DNA of 63,057 nt, counting the filler, from Reticulomyxa filosa (lineage: Eukaryota > Protista > Foraminifera): assembly GCA_000512085.1 (NCBI GenBank). It is 22 parts of 22 records of this genome, joined end to end, with 100 filler letters (N's around TTAATTAATTAA, not from the genome) between each part and the next. Parts side by side here need not be neighbours in the genome. Positions count along the whole stretch, not along the records: positions 13,740 to 25,932 come from ASPP01009986.1; positions 26,033 to 28,398 come from ASPP01008012.1; 20 more parts are not named here. One strand, given 5' to 3'. Position 1 is the first letter of the stretch. The number at the start of each line of letters is the position of its first letter. A program made the position numbers and the translations under genes. Positions 13,760 to 27,390 of this stretch are shown piece by piece. The notes beneath the pieces are model-generated. The model did not search any database. It was not told the DNA's origin and saw only the letters and a list, made by a program, of their open reading frames with translations.

Positions 13760-15049
13760 AAAAAAAAAAAATATTCCAAGTTTCTTCGTCACCGTTCCTA
13801 CTCACAACTCTCGTGATTTTCCCTCCACACACTTTATTTTTTCATCGTTTTACACTTACTCCAAACAAAGTACTTTGGGTTTGGTTTTGTTATGTGTTGC
13901 TTGCTTGTTTCCTTCCAAAGAACAAACCTAAATCACCAGGATCAATAAAGCGCTGCACGATATAAACTACATGTTTAAATCCCACAACGCCGATATTCAA
14001 AAGAGAAAAAAACCACCAAAAAAAAAGCAAGAAAAAAAACAAGAGAAAAAAAAACAACAAAATCATTGTAAAGTGGAAATGCAAATGGTAAAGGAACAAC
14101 TTTATTGGGAAGCTTTTTTTTTTTTTTAAATAATTGTTCATCTTTCAACCAAAAAAAATTAAAAGGCCGGGGGAGTATTAAAAAAAAAGTATACGTAGGT
14201 TCCTTCAAAAAATTGCTGGACAAAAAAACTAAATAAAAATAAAAAACAATAATAAAAAAAAAGAAGGCTAATAACTGGTTGACCTCGGTCGTCATAATGG
14301 ACACACCAACAATTTTGATATTTTGCCCCACAGCCAACCTCTGTCATTTTGATAACTACTTTCAATTCTTTGCATTCGCGCAGTAGATCGTCCATAACCC
14401 CTTGGGAAAACCACTCCAATCCAGATGAATATTGATTTCGTTGTGTTATTCCATACTTTTGCTGTTTTATTTTGTTGTTTTGTTTTTCTATCCTACGCAA
14501 CGTCGCGTTTGCAACTTTTGTTTTCCTTTTTTTGTTTTAATTGACCTTGACTTTTTTTTATTTTTCTCTTTTTTCTTTCAATTTTGAACTCCTACCCCCT
14601 CTTATTTTCTCTCTTTGTCGTGCACAAACTTGATGATCAGAGTCAAGACTGTCATTGATAAAGTCACTGCTATTTACAAACAGGCTGGCGTACGATTGCT
14701 GCTTGGCTTGCTTTTTCTGCTGGATTTCAGTTAAGTAAAGATCCCATATCTCATTTAGCAGGTCCTCGTCTTCTGACGCGAATATATTTGTGTCATTGTG
14801 GTTTTGTTGAGACAATGTATCGCCATTTTTGTGATTCAAATTTGTACTGCTCTTTGGAAGTGATGGTAGCACTATCGGTTTCATATTCTCTTGTTTCTTG
14901 ACTTTTTTGTCTACGTGGGCCGAGGAGCTGTTGTTGCTCATTGTCGTTGAATTCATTGGAAGCGAAGAAACATCGGAGCTATTATTGCTGCTATCACTAT
15001 TATTGTTGACAAATACTGGAATGTGAACCGTAGGAATTATTGTGGTCAT
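13760..15049 (-). CDS. Hypothetical protein, multi-exon
   Basis: Ser/Asn-rich first exon (14558-15049 ORF), then exon VANATLRRIEK...CWCVHYDDRG. No family recognised. Confidence 0.5.
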
Positions 15050-15717
15050 TTAAAATAACACATTAACAGGGGGAAAAGACTTAAAAAATATTGAACTAAC
15101 TTTTACCAAAAATTAAAAGAAAACAACAAAAGTACTGAAGATTTACAAGAAGGAGAACATGAATGACGATTAGGTAATAGCAATAACAAACTAAAGCGTT
15201 TAGTGTAATTATTTATCGTTTTTTTTTTTGGCAGGGTATTGTGTTTCATTATCGTGTAGGAACAGTGAAACTAAGTGTAATGAAAGGAACCTAGTTCTGA
15301 AAACAAGTTCTTAAAATATCTTCACATCAGCTTATTTTCATTTCAGCTTTTCTATTTACTCTTTTTATTAATTAAATTTTTCTCGAGTTTGCTAAATGAA
15401 CGTGGTATTGATGGGCATCACTTTCGTATCATTGCCGTCCATTTTTTGTTGTTGACAATTTCTCCAAGTTAAAGATATTTTTTAATGAGTTTTAAAAAAG
15501 ATGTTTATTTTATATAGATGGACTTGCAAAACAAAGACGTTTCACAACTTAAACAAAAATTCATTCAAAACAGTAAGAGGGAAGAGAAAGAAGGCCAAAT
15601 AGTTAATTTTCCATTGTCAGTAATGACCATTTGTCCCTAACTTTGCGAAAAAAATTTGGCATTTACCTTCTTTAATGGTGTAATATTTCCAAGAATTTAT
15701 GAAGACAGAAAAGCTGG

Positions 15718-17344
15718 TTAACTCTTTCTTCCCCAAAACTCCATTTTGAAAAGTTCACATATTTCCCCTCCGAAGTTTTCTGAGATGAATATCTATTAAC
15801 AAAGCAAACATCCATCGTTTTCAACAACAAGCAATATAAGTCAATGATTTTTTTTGAAAGAATTTGTATTTATTCTCAACTGTTAAATAACTGACATTCC
15901 TAAATTTGGTAATTTTCAAAGGAGAACTTTGTGTCCAATAGCGAGAATTCGGGTTCGATTGAGTAGGGGGTTGCGAAATTGTGATCGTTTCAGCTGACGC
16001 AGTATCAGCAGCATCGTCAAAGTCCATGTTTGGCTTGTTCACAAATATTTTAAAGTTTTCGGACATGATTCTTTTCGTTATTGTTTTTTATTTTTATTTT
16101 TACTTGCTGCCATATAATTTTTTTGGAGCTTTGTTGCAAGCACAAAAAAAAAAGAAGATGAGATATCCATACAGATATATGCATAGATAAATGCATATGT
16201 ATAAAACTTGAGTAAGGAAAAGCCCATCCAATGGACTCAATGGTGACAGGTTTTTTAAAGGGAATGAACAACAGCATTTGTATGTCATCTTCTTCGTCAT
16301 TAGCGACGGCGATAGGTCGTTTATTGGTATTGCCAATATCCTGAGTGAATAGAGGTGTCATAGCATCACCGCCATGGCCATCTCGAATATTTAAACCAGA
16401 GCACTTGTCCACGTCAATTTGATCGAGTAAAAAATTCTATTGTTTCGAGTATTGTTCAGTGTTTCTGACCATTTCATTTCTTTCTGTGTGATACATAAAG
16501 AAGAGGGGAGAAGGAAAGGAAAATACGATATTAATATGTAGTAACTGTTGTAATTTCGGGAACGTACTCGTCGATCGGTTTTGGAGGTCCGGTGTAAACC
16601 GACGCTGCGTATTCAGCATTCGTTTTTGCCAATTGTTGGCGTTTCTGTTCCGCTGTTGCATCACTACCCATCATGCCTCCGCCCATGGCATTGCCTATGT
16701 TTGCCAACCGATTTACCCACGTTGGAATATGCTTTCCACATAGTGCAAAGCATAGCGCATCACTAGTTGCCCACATGCAATATGCAATCATGTAAATGTA
16801 TAATATACATACATATTTATATATGCATATAATATAAATATATTATACGTCATACATTTTTCGCATCAACTTTTTTTTTTTTTTTTGTTTTGAAAATAAA
16901 TAATATGGTTAATAATACAAACCTGAAGTGATTACAGTTATTGGATGTCAGATGATAAGAGCTGGACTGAAATTGTTGCCTTAGCTCGTTAATAATGTCC
17001 CGAACTTCATTCTTAGTTTTGTCAATTTTTGCGATTTCGAGCGATGTGTCATATACCCATTGTGATCCTCGTGGCTGCGATTTCGGCCTTTGTACACACA
17101 CGCCTGTGCCACTGTTCTTTCCTCCTGCAAAAAAATACTCGGAGTCGTACACTTCCACACCACTGTGGTACACTCCCGGCACGGAACCTTGAGAGCTATT
17201 CGGATCTGCTTTGTATACATGAAGTATCACAGGGACAGTCCCGGTCGGCGAAGATGAGCTTTCATCATTATTGCCAGAATCTGTGGGATTGCTGTTTGTC
17301 GGAGCAGCCGAGGAAGAAGATTGCTTGGAACTATCAGAGCCCAT
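15718..17344 (-). CDS. PPPDE/DeSI (C97) isopeptidase fused to a C-terminal PITH domain
   Basis: Exon 1 17344-16923 (VILHVY, GVYHSGVEVY, YHLTSNNCNHF) splices to 16762 (SDALC..IPTWVNRLANIG). PITH follows from 16436: NFLLDQIDVDKCSGLN..QMLLFIPFKKPVTIESI..FKIFVNKPNMDFDDA..LKITKFRNVSYLT..IFISENFGG..MEFWGRKS*. Confidence 0.88.
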
Positions 17345-18052
17345 CTTTATGATGAGGTTTGGAAAATGGTTTTTTTGATCTATACCCTCCTCATTGTTGA
17401 TATTTTGTCCCGGTGAATGATTAACCGCTTGTACAATAATTATTCGGATATTCATCGGTTGCACAAAATTGCTTTTTTTGTTATAATTCGATCCGTAATA
17501 AAACACAAAGCATTGGTAAATTGCAAAATCTTCCAAAATAAAGGGTTTGCTATCATGTCTCCTCAAATTACTCTTTTATTTAGTAGGACAATAAAAAAAT
17601 CGAAGCAACAAGAAAAACAAACAAACAAACAAGCAAAAGCCATCTTCAAGGATTTTGTACAAGGAGATCCATCAATAAACACTCCAAGAAATCCTCATAT
17701 CAAGACAGCCTGATTATAGTCTGTACAAAACCAAAAAAAAACATAATCAATAAAGGATGGAAAAAAAACAACACAACAAAAAAACCAACAAAAAAGTATT
17801 TTGTCTGTTCCAATTCACAAATTAACAATTTGGTTTGAACAACAACAATAAAACAGATGAAAAGCATAAAGGTTGATTGTGAATGCGAATACTGTACACG
17901 CACAAATGCAGCAAGACAAAGAGCAAAGATAATATATCGATTTCCAATAATTCCTCAAAGGAAATAGACACAAAAGATAAAACGCGAAATGAACAGAAGA
18001 GGAAGAGAGAGAGAGGAGAGAATGTGGTAGTTATTTTTAGGATTGCTCTTCA

Positions 18053-21000
18053 TTAAAGTTGAGTTTCAGTTTCCTCCAGCATGACAGCGAGTTCATCCAC
18101 AAGACCAGACAAGCGAACTTCACCCGATTTGCTTGTTGTCCCTTGAGTTTCGTGGAGCACAGGGAGTTGTGGTTCACGTATAATTACCGTCGTTCTTTTT
18201 TCTTCATTCACTTCAGTCCCCACAGCTAGCGTTCCACTGTCCCTCAAACCTCCCACACTATCGTTTTGTTCTATCACCATTGGTGTCGGCATCGCGTTTT
18301 CGTCTTAATTTGAAGATAGATTGAGTATTGTGTGTTCAATTCAAACACGTGTGTTTTCCACCTTTGTCCCTCTTTTTCTTGTTATTATTATCGTACATAG
18401 ATAAACAGATGGAACATAGATATATAATGGTGTTACCTTGTTTTAATTCATTTGTTGTGGCAGGAGTTTCCTTTTTATTATATTATTATTATTATTATTA
18501 TTATAATGTTTTATGCTGTTATAAAATAAATTGAATGAAATCCTTGTGAAAAACAGATAAACAAAAGTTTACATTGTTCACATTAGGAGACGGTTGCTCA
18601 AGTTTCGTGGCGACAGTCATTTCAACTTCTTTTGGGGAGTCATTTTCACTTTGGAAAAGTGGATATTATTTTCCAAAAGCAAACAAAGAATTTCTTTTTC
18701 CATTTTCTTTATGTTTTTTTATTTAAAGAAAAAAGAAAACAAACAAAATCGTAGTAAGTGTAACTTATCATTAGTTTCATCTTGCACGACTTCTAGCAGA
18801 TTCGAATCATTGTTATAATTTTTGAGTGTAGGGACGGTTTGGTCATCACCTTTGGCATGTCCATGATCTTGAATGTGAACTTGGGTTTGCGTTTGGGATT
18901 GGTCTTCTGGCCTTTGTTTTTTTTTCTGTATGTTCTCAACGGCGCTGAAGAGCACAGAATCATGATCGTTGAAGCGCTTGGAAAGCAGGCCAGACAAGCG
19001 TTTTCCCAGTGCGGACTGGCTAGGCTGAGGTGCATGTGTACCCAGCAGATTGTCTTTGAACACCATGGTGGATCTCGCACTCTCGTTATTGGTGGTTGTG
19101 TTGTAGTTGGTCGTGTGTTCGCGGTCATTGTCGTCGCTATGGTTTTGCACGGTGTCGTCTTGCTTCTGATCCGACACATCCTCTTTCGATTTGTAGATCG
19201 TCGAACCAGCAACATTGGTGTTTGGCAGTCCGGTTGGTAGGAATGTTTCTTTATTCGATCGGTCGGTCTGCAATGACAGGTATTGGCTCAGCTCTTTCAC
19301 GTGTTCATTGCGTATGGGCTTGAAGTGCAGAAGCAACTCCGGAGGGACTTCACGAGGATGATAGCAGACATTGTACAGCACCAATGACAAATCACACAGA
19401 CTTAATGCATGGATCATTGCAATGTCCTTCGTCGACTTGGCTTCGACATGACTAACCCATGATTTTTGATTATTTTTTTTTTGCTGACGATATCGATCCA
19501 ACGCTGTTCATTCATATATACATGTATGGTACATATATATACCACATATACATATGTATATATGTATATATGTATATATGTATACGTATATGCGTGTACC
19601 ACAACTACATATACAAAAGCAAAGAATAATCGTAACGTGATAACAATTGATCAGCGTTGGCAAGTGCAGAATTGGGAAGCATAAGCGGCTTTCGGACACG
19701 GTGATCTCGATAATATTTGCGCTGCTCTTGTCCAAATAAGAGCTTCTCATCATCCACATGTTGTTGTGGAGTGATTGCGAGTGTGTCTTCGCCGAGCCCA
19801 GATTTGTCGAATTCTTGCAGTTGTAATTGTATTCCCAATTCTTGTTGAAGCTCCGCGCGTACTCCCTCGACGTCTGATTGCGACGATATCCTTTTTTCGT
19901 GCGACAAAGTGTTTTGTTGGACTTGCAATGATCGGGCGGTTATCGCCGGCGAAGACAATGGCGCGAATTTGGGCGTTGCTGACAGTCGACGAATCGTTGT
20001 CGGTTGCTGACTTCCCACAGTCGGGGATACAATCAGTGGTTCATCCGCTTGCTCACCCATCTGTTCTTTTGGAGCTGTTGTATCCTGTCCAAGGTAGTCC
20101 CAAGTTTCAAACAGGTCTTTGGCCTCTTGCATCTTTTGTACTTCCTTTTTTTTTTGGGTTTCCAACACGATACGTCGTTCTTCCACCCACGCCGTGCTTC
20201 GTCTGTAGCCTGTTATTCTGCTTGCGTCAAAGTCATAATCGACTGTTCCGTCAATATGCACCACACTTTTATTTCGTCGCAATTTAAAACACAAAACAAG
20301 CCACAAATTTGGTAATCGTTTTTATATACGTATGCATTGTGAGATTCAATTCTCTCTTTTTTTTTCCCCCCCCCCCTGTATTCTCTCTCAATGTATTCTT
20401 TTACCAAATGCGGTTATCGACTATCGTCTGCAGCATACCACATACCGGAACATCGTCTAGTTTCCAGCTGGCACAAATGCTCTATTCCATCCCATCCCAA
20501 CCAATCAAAACTACTTTTTGTATATTGTTCATAACATTCTTATATACGTTATTATTATTATTTTTTTTGTTTTAAACATACGTATACATTCGTGATGCGT
20601 AGATATAGGGAAAAAAAAAAACAAAAACAAAAACGAAACTTTACAAAATGCGCCAGAAACAAAGGAATCTAACAACGCGAGTGTCAATTCATTTTTTGTT
20701 TTGAAATTGGTAAAGACGGTAAAACCGACTTTGAGTCCTTCGGTGGAAGGGACCAATTGAGTAAGCTCAATGGTCCGTGGATGGACTTCCAAAGACTCAC
20801 CAAGTGCTTCACGTAGTCCCCAATGTTTTTGTCGTAGCATGTGTTTCTTTTCGACAATTTCTTCGTCTTCAATGAAGAAAAAGAAGGTTTTGTTGGTCAA
20901 AGGGTTTTCTCCCGAAGTGGCTCCTTTTCCAAAGAAGATATTGTCTTCTTTCATCGACTGGATCAGTTCCAACGAAGTCCACAAATCGATGAGTGCAATC

Positions 21001-24000
21001 ACAATCGAAACAATACTCGATGCGAACGCGTAAATGACCACGCGATCAATTTTCCCGCCATCGAATGCATTCGAATAGAAATAGCTATAAAAGAATTGGA
21101 TCAATATCTGCGGCAAGTTTTCAAAGAGGATATTACTGTAGAGTCGTTCAACTGCCGATTTCTTCAATTGTCTTTCTGGCAATCCCATTGACATCACTTC
21201 CAATCCAAACAGATTGGTATTGAATAATTCAATCGCGGCAAATACACTACCACTTATCATCGTCGTGGAAATTAAAAAGCGGGAGTAGTTGATCAGCCAT
21301 GACGTCAAGCGCTCACTCATGGCAGGGTCGGCCATCCATTGCTTTTGGAAAGCGAGCAAATGTTTCAGATTCAGCACGTAAGGAATCACCAAAAAGGCCA
21401 TCCCCACGAGGAACAAATACCACGCGCCCACTTGTGCCAAGCGCACAATAAATACGGCGTCACTGTAAAAGTCCCACGCGTACAAACCAAAGAACACCAA
21501 GCCCGCACTTCGCAACGTGTCCGTGCCCATATACGCTTCATGGATCTTTGCGAGCACAGCCGTGATGCAGCACAGAGCCACAAATGCATATACTGCATAT
21601 GTGATCGACGTTGCCGATTGGGCTACCACGTCCTGCTTATGATCTCCGTTCAACTTCTTATTGCCAAATATAACGGATCCAATTGCGAAATTGCTATCCG
21701 GTCGTAAGTATTTCATCCTCGTTTCCAAATACAACAACATTTGCATTAACATTTCGTCTGTTCCGAGAATGTTCAGAATTGTACCCCTTATATTTAGCGT
21801 TTGCGACATGTTGTTCCCACCGATAAATAAATTTCCTCCGGCTTGGAATGTTGCCTGATGTGCGATCATTTCTGGTGTATCTACTAATTGCTGTCCCCCC
21901 CATCAATTACAAGACAAACGTATACCAAATTATAGGGGTATGCGTATCATTTTTTTTTTTTGATGATGACCCCCCCCCCTTTTTTTTTCTTCTTTTTCCT
22001 CTTCTGCAACACATTTTGCACTAAACTATCCAATCGGAAAGGTCATACGTGTTTCCGTCCTGACACCAAAGTTTTAAATTGAACACCGCACAAAAGTCGA
22101 CAGTGCTGAGATAGCGCCGTAGAAAGTGGATATCGGAGCTTGAGGCGTTGCTTGCCGTCAGTGCGTATCTGATGGTTTCATTAATTGCGTAAAGTGACGC
22201 TGATTCCAAATCGTTTGCGTATTCGATCAGGTCAATGTCTCCATAGTCGATGCCTAAGTGAAAACGATGAGGAGTAGAGAAAAGAGAAGTCAGATAAAGA
22301 AAGAGAAAAGAGAAAAGAAGAAAAGAAATTGAATTGCAAACTGCTTTCGTTGTACCAAAGGATGAACTCTACTCCTTCCACGTTAGTTGGGGCTCGCGTA
22401 GGAGAGCTGGTAGGCGGCTGAACGGGAACGTGAGTCGGAGCTGATGACGGATGACGGGTAGGTGGAAAGCTAGGAGACCGAGTTGGAGGCTTTGTCGGAG
22501 CGTGCGTTGGATGTCTTGTTGGATGTCTAGTAGGGTGTCTGGTCGGATGTCGTGTTGGATGTCTTGTTGGATGTCTAGTTGGGTGTCTGGTTGGATGTCT
22601 GGTCGGATGTCGTGTTGGGTGTCTTGTTGGATGTCTAGTTGGGTGTCTCGTAGGATGTCTAGTTGGGTGTCTCGTAGGATGTCTGGTTGGGTGTCTGGTT
22701 GGATGTCTAGTTGGGTGTCTAGTTGGGTGTCTGGTCGGATGTCTGGTTGGGTGTCTGGTTGGATGTCTAGTTGGGTGTCTGGTTGGGTGTCTCGTAGGAT
22801 GTCTGGTTGGGTGTCTAGTCGGATGTCGTGTTGGATGTCTGGTTGGGTGTCTTGTGGGATGTCTTGTGGGATGTCTGGTTGGTTGTTCAGTCGGATGGCG
22901 AGTGGGGTGTCGAGTTGGATGACGCGTCGGATGTCGCGTGGGGGGCTTCGTTGGAGCATGTGTAGGATGGCGTGTAGGATGACGAGTCGGATGACGAGGT
23001 AGGTGGAAGCGTAGGATGTGCCGTTGGCGAGCGTACTGGAGCATGAGTTGGAACTCGAGTTGGAGATTTAGTGGGAGCACTCGTGGGCGGCTTTTTTTTA
23101 ATACAAAAAAAAAAAAAAAAAACATACATATTATAATATAGTCTCACACAAGTCATAATTCTTTAAACATAACATGCCCACAAACAGAAAAAAACAGTCA
23201 TTACTTGAACAGGGGAATGAGAAGGAGTCCGTGTAGGTGGGAAAGTTGGGGCTTTGGTAGGATCTTTGGTGGGATGTTTGGAAGGAATTGGAGTAGTCGG
23301 GGGTTTGGTTGGAGGTTTGGTTGGAGGTTTGGTCGGATATTTGGTTGGTGGCTTCGTTGGAGGTTTGGTTGGTAACTTTGTAGGCGGTTTTGTTGGTGGT
23401 TTCGTTGGAGGTTTCGTTGGAGGTTTTGTTGGCAATCTCGACGGCCTTCTTGTCGGTAATTTTGTCGGAATTTTCGTCGGAGGTTTCGTTGGAGGCTTTG
23501 TCGGAAGTTTTGTCGGGCGCTTCGTCGGAGGTTTCGTCGGAGGTTTCGTCGGAGGCTTTGTTGGAGGTTTTGTCGGAGGCTTCGTTGGTGGCTTCGTTGG
23601 AGACTTTGTGGTTGGCTTCTTTGTCGGCGATTTAGTCGGAGGTTTCGTCGGCTTACGAGTCGTCGGCGGGGTCGGACGTTTGGTTGGGAGTAGCGTGGGC
23701 TTTTTCGTCGGCCGACGAGTCGGAGGTTTCGTTGGTATTTTCGTTGGAATTCGAGTTGGAGGCATGGTCGGTTTTGGGGTAACGAAACTAAAAGAGCCAC
23801 TGCATGAAGCTGAGCCACAATTTTTATCGCATACCGAAGCCGACGTTTCACAAAGATATTGATTCGACTAAGTTTGAATGAGTCATGAGTTTGCAACAAA
23901 AGGAAAAAGGGGGGGGGGGGGGTCATATATTTGTTCGGATATATGTATATACACATATATTTATATACATATATAACTCTTTCTTCATAATTTTTTTTAA

Positions 24001-24721
24001 AAAAAAATTATGAAGAAAAAGTACGTAACTGAGCAAGCTAAATTTGCTGAACAATCTACATAACAACTGCTCACACCAGTTCCACATTCGAATGTACTCA
24101 AAATAAATCCGAAAAAACTTGCTTTCAGTCCACAATAATTCACTCCTGGTTCCTTTTTTTTTTTTTTTTACAAGTGTCGATTTTTATAGTTGCACAATTA
24201 ATTTCAAATGTACCCCCCCCCCCCCCCCTTTTTTTTCGTTAACCAACGCATCCAAAGGAGGCTTTGTAGACCGCATACAGGGCAAGCGAGTTCAACGTAC
24301 AGTTGATGTTGCTTGGAGAGTACCCGCTTGTCACTCCTGGAGGAGTCCTTGTTCCGCAGTTGTAGTCCATTAGGTAACAGCTCTGAAAGGCGGAGCAGTC
24401 CACACGGGTTGGCAGGGCTGAGTAAATTGTCAGATATTGACAAGCGGACGCGACGGAACAAGAAATATAAACATCACTTATCGAGCTTGTCGATGGACAC
24501 GTTATTGTTATGTTATAACATGGTTCTGTTTTTGCAACAACAAAAAAACTTCTTTTTTTCCTTCTCGCATTTTGGTTTACTTTTGTACAAACCGTCAGAG
24601 GAACAAGTTACTTTCCATTGACCAGTCCCACTACTTGGGCAAGATACTGTTGAGCCACTTGTATAACCATGCACGCAACTGCATAGTAACAAAAAAGGAA
24701 TACGAAATATTCACAAACCAT
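18053..24721 (-). CDS. Giant surface protein: signal peptide, Cys-rich domain, PT-repeat mucin stalk, XK-like multi-pass membrane domain, long tail
   Basis: Start MVCEYFVFL(F)LLLCSCVHG needs +1 T in a T6 run. Cys-rich exons lie at ~24720-23780, then PTKP and PTRH repeats. The TM region 21600-20980 has WDFYSD, FENLPQILIQ and SSIVS. Further exons run to 18053. Confidence 0.75.
22440..23090 (-). repeat. Coding 12-bp tandem repeat (Pro-Thr-Arg-His)n, roughly 40 units
   Basis: Plus strand variants of ggatgtctggtt / gggtgtctagtt; translation HPTR repeated with synonymous variation. Confidence 0.97.
23230..23770 (-). repeat. Coding 12-bp tandem repeat (Pro-Thr-Lys-Pro)n
   Basis: Plus strand ggtttcgtcgga variants; ORF 23163-23765 reads PTKP repeats. 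Confidence 0.97.
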
Positions 24722-26202
24722 CAAAGGTTGTTTGAGGGTTTATATTTGTCAAAAAAAAGACTCTTTGGATACCTTGTTTAAAAGTACTTCTGTTCCAACA
24801 AACTAGAGCGATTATCACCTACGCTATTGAAAATATCAATTAAATCAATTCTGTGCGTTTAATTGTTATTGATATATTTTGAGTGTATATTAAAAACATA
24901 AAAAAAAAACATTAATATTGTCGAATATTGCTAATAAAACATTTTAAAAAGTTATAATTAGAAAAAATGTTTTTTAAAGTTGACTAATTAATGACCAAAA
25001 AATGTAATGAAAAATGTTTCAGAACACGTTCAATAAGCTTGATTAAGAATATTTTTCGGCCAACTAATTCTCTCGGCCGTACTTCAAACGGTAAAGGGAT
25101 TGTTTAGTTTAGTGCTCAACTGTCCAAATAAATTTGAAAAAGAGATTGGAGATAGCAGTTGTTTGCTTGTCCATATTAGCAATGGCACGGTGGACAAGTC
25201 CTTCTCTTTGGCATTTTTAAGAAAATGGAAATACTCAAAAAAACAAGGCATTCTTTTTTTGTTGCCTCAATTCCATTTTTGTTTACAAACAATGTGCCAA
25301 CTGTGAAATGATTGAGGTTTTCTTTTTTTCAATGTTCACCTTTTTTACTGACACCGTTACTGCAAAAAACTCACTTTGGAACCAAAATGGAAACAAGAGT
25401 TGTAGAGAACCTGGAGCGGAAAAGCACGTTTTAAGAAAAGTAAGAATGCTTTTTTGAAACTTAAATTAAAAAGAAACAACTTTGTATATTTGGAGTCATA
25501 CTGACTCCATTGTGACGTAAGTAGTCTCACTACAGAGTCAGCAATTTTTTAAAAAATATATACTAATTTTGTAGTTTTTAAATATGAAATTGGTTTTATA
25601 ATAAGTTTTTTCTAGGTTGATCAAAAATATGATTGTTAAAAATTTCGAAGGAGTTCATATAAATTGAACCTGTATTGAAAATAAGAAATTTTTAAATCTT
25701 TTTGTTTTCATTTTAGGAATCTTCAAGTCACGTAGATACTTTTTAAAAAATTAGCATTGTAGAATTTTTAGTTATTAATTAGTGTAAAATATATCGTTTT
25801 GTTTTTGCTGAATAATATATTCTTTTTGATTGCAATTAGATTTTTGTGATTCTTTGTTAATAGTATCTTCTTGATTTGTCATTAGACTTTGTGATTATTT
25901 GTTTTTTTACATAGTAATCAATTGAATTAAATNNNNNNNNNNNNNNNNNNNNNNNNNNNNNNNNNNNNNNNNNNNNTTAATTAATTAANNNNNNNNNNNN
26001 NNNNNNNNNNNNNNNNNNNNNNNNNNNNNNNNACACTCACTCACCTCTCTCTCTCTCTCTTTCTCCTTTCTTTCTCCTCTCTCTCTCCTGATCAAATCTC
26101 CCTCCTCCTACCTCCATTTTGTCTTGCTTTTGAATATTTTTCTTCTTCTTCAAAACGGCACACGGACACAAGAATGCAAAAGAACACAAAACAAACAAGT
26201 AT

Positions 26203-27353
26203 CTACAAATTAACACTACGCGAAGGGGTAGTTGGGCGGTTTTGTTCTGTAACAGGCAGAGCATAGTCCTCTTCCCTGGCTTCGCTAATGGGAAGGGAGG
26301 AGACATGTTTGGACGCGGAGATGGTTTTCTGCATGAGAGCGCCCAAGGCTTTGCTAGTGTCACGACGACTCATGGCACGCGTCATTTTGGCGGTGTTGAC
26401 AGAGTGGTCAAATTGTCCCCATCGAAGTGTGACGACATCGCATTTGGGTTCGATATTGTCCTTGATGGCGCGAACAGCCTCCGGGACATTTTTATAGACG
26501 CGAAGTTTGGAGGCATTATAATTGAGTTCGAGGATGAGCAAGTGGGACGACATCAACGAGGTGTCGACGAAGCTGGCATGAGTTTTGTTCAGCAGCAAGT
26601 GTTGTTGATCAACGGACAATCGTCGTTTCCTTTTCGAGCCACCATCGCCATCATGATCACCCCCTCCTCCCTCCCCCTCCTCCTCCTCCGATGCCCCCAT
26701 CGCTCCCAATCCCACCGTCTTTGGAAGATATGATATTTTCTAAGCGGTTTTGTGGCGGCAACAGTTGGCTAAACGATTTGTGTCCCAACAGCGACGACAG
26801 CGAATGCATGTTGGTGCCGACAATGACGCTGATGCCCTCGCTCTGCAACTTGGACAATACTTGGATATCCTCTTCGCTCAGCACTTCACCGACCACCACC
26901 ACCTGCGGCGAAATCGACCGTGTTTGATCGATCACTTGATGCTGCCTCGTCACGTCGCTCACAAAGAAACGCACGGCCGTGCCGCATTCCAACGGACAGT
27001 CTCCAAACCCGGCGATCGTGGATCTCGTGTCCACCAACGCCGTTCGCACGCGCTCGCTGATGATTCGCGTCAACTCCCTCGTCATTGCCGCTTTTTCTGC
27101 CGTGTTCGGGCCCAGCAGCAACATCGACGCTGGCTTGTCCAAGTTCGACCAAAAGTCGATCGCGTCGTGGATCGAATTCAACTTGGGCGTCCACAGACGT
27201 CCGATGCGGAACGACAGCGCCGTCACCGTATGCTTCGCTTCATTGCGATCGCGAATTACCGCCGTCACTTGGTGTAGTCGATACCCTGTTGTGTGTTGCG
27301 GGTCTAAGATTCCAGATAATCGATGTCCAGATTCAAGATTCATATATTTCTAT

Positions 27354-27390
<37 letters not shown>

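Noticed and set aside
22440-23770. CRISPR array or antisense ORFs (22451-23002, 23254-23862)
   Set aside because: These are 12-bp coding tandem repeats without unique spacers; the opposite-strand ORFs are shadows of the repeat.
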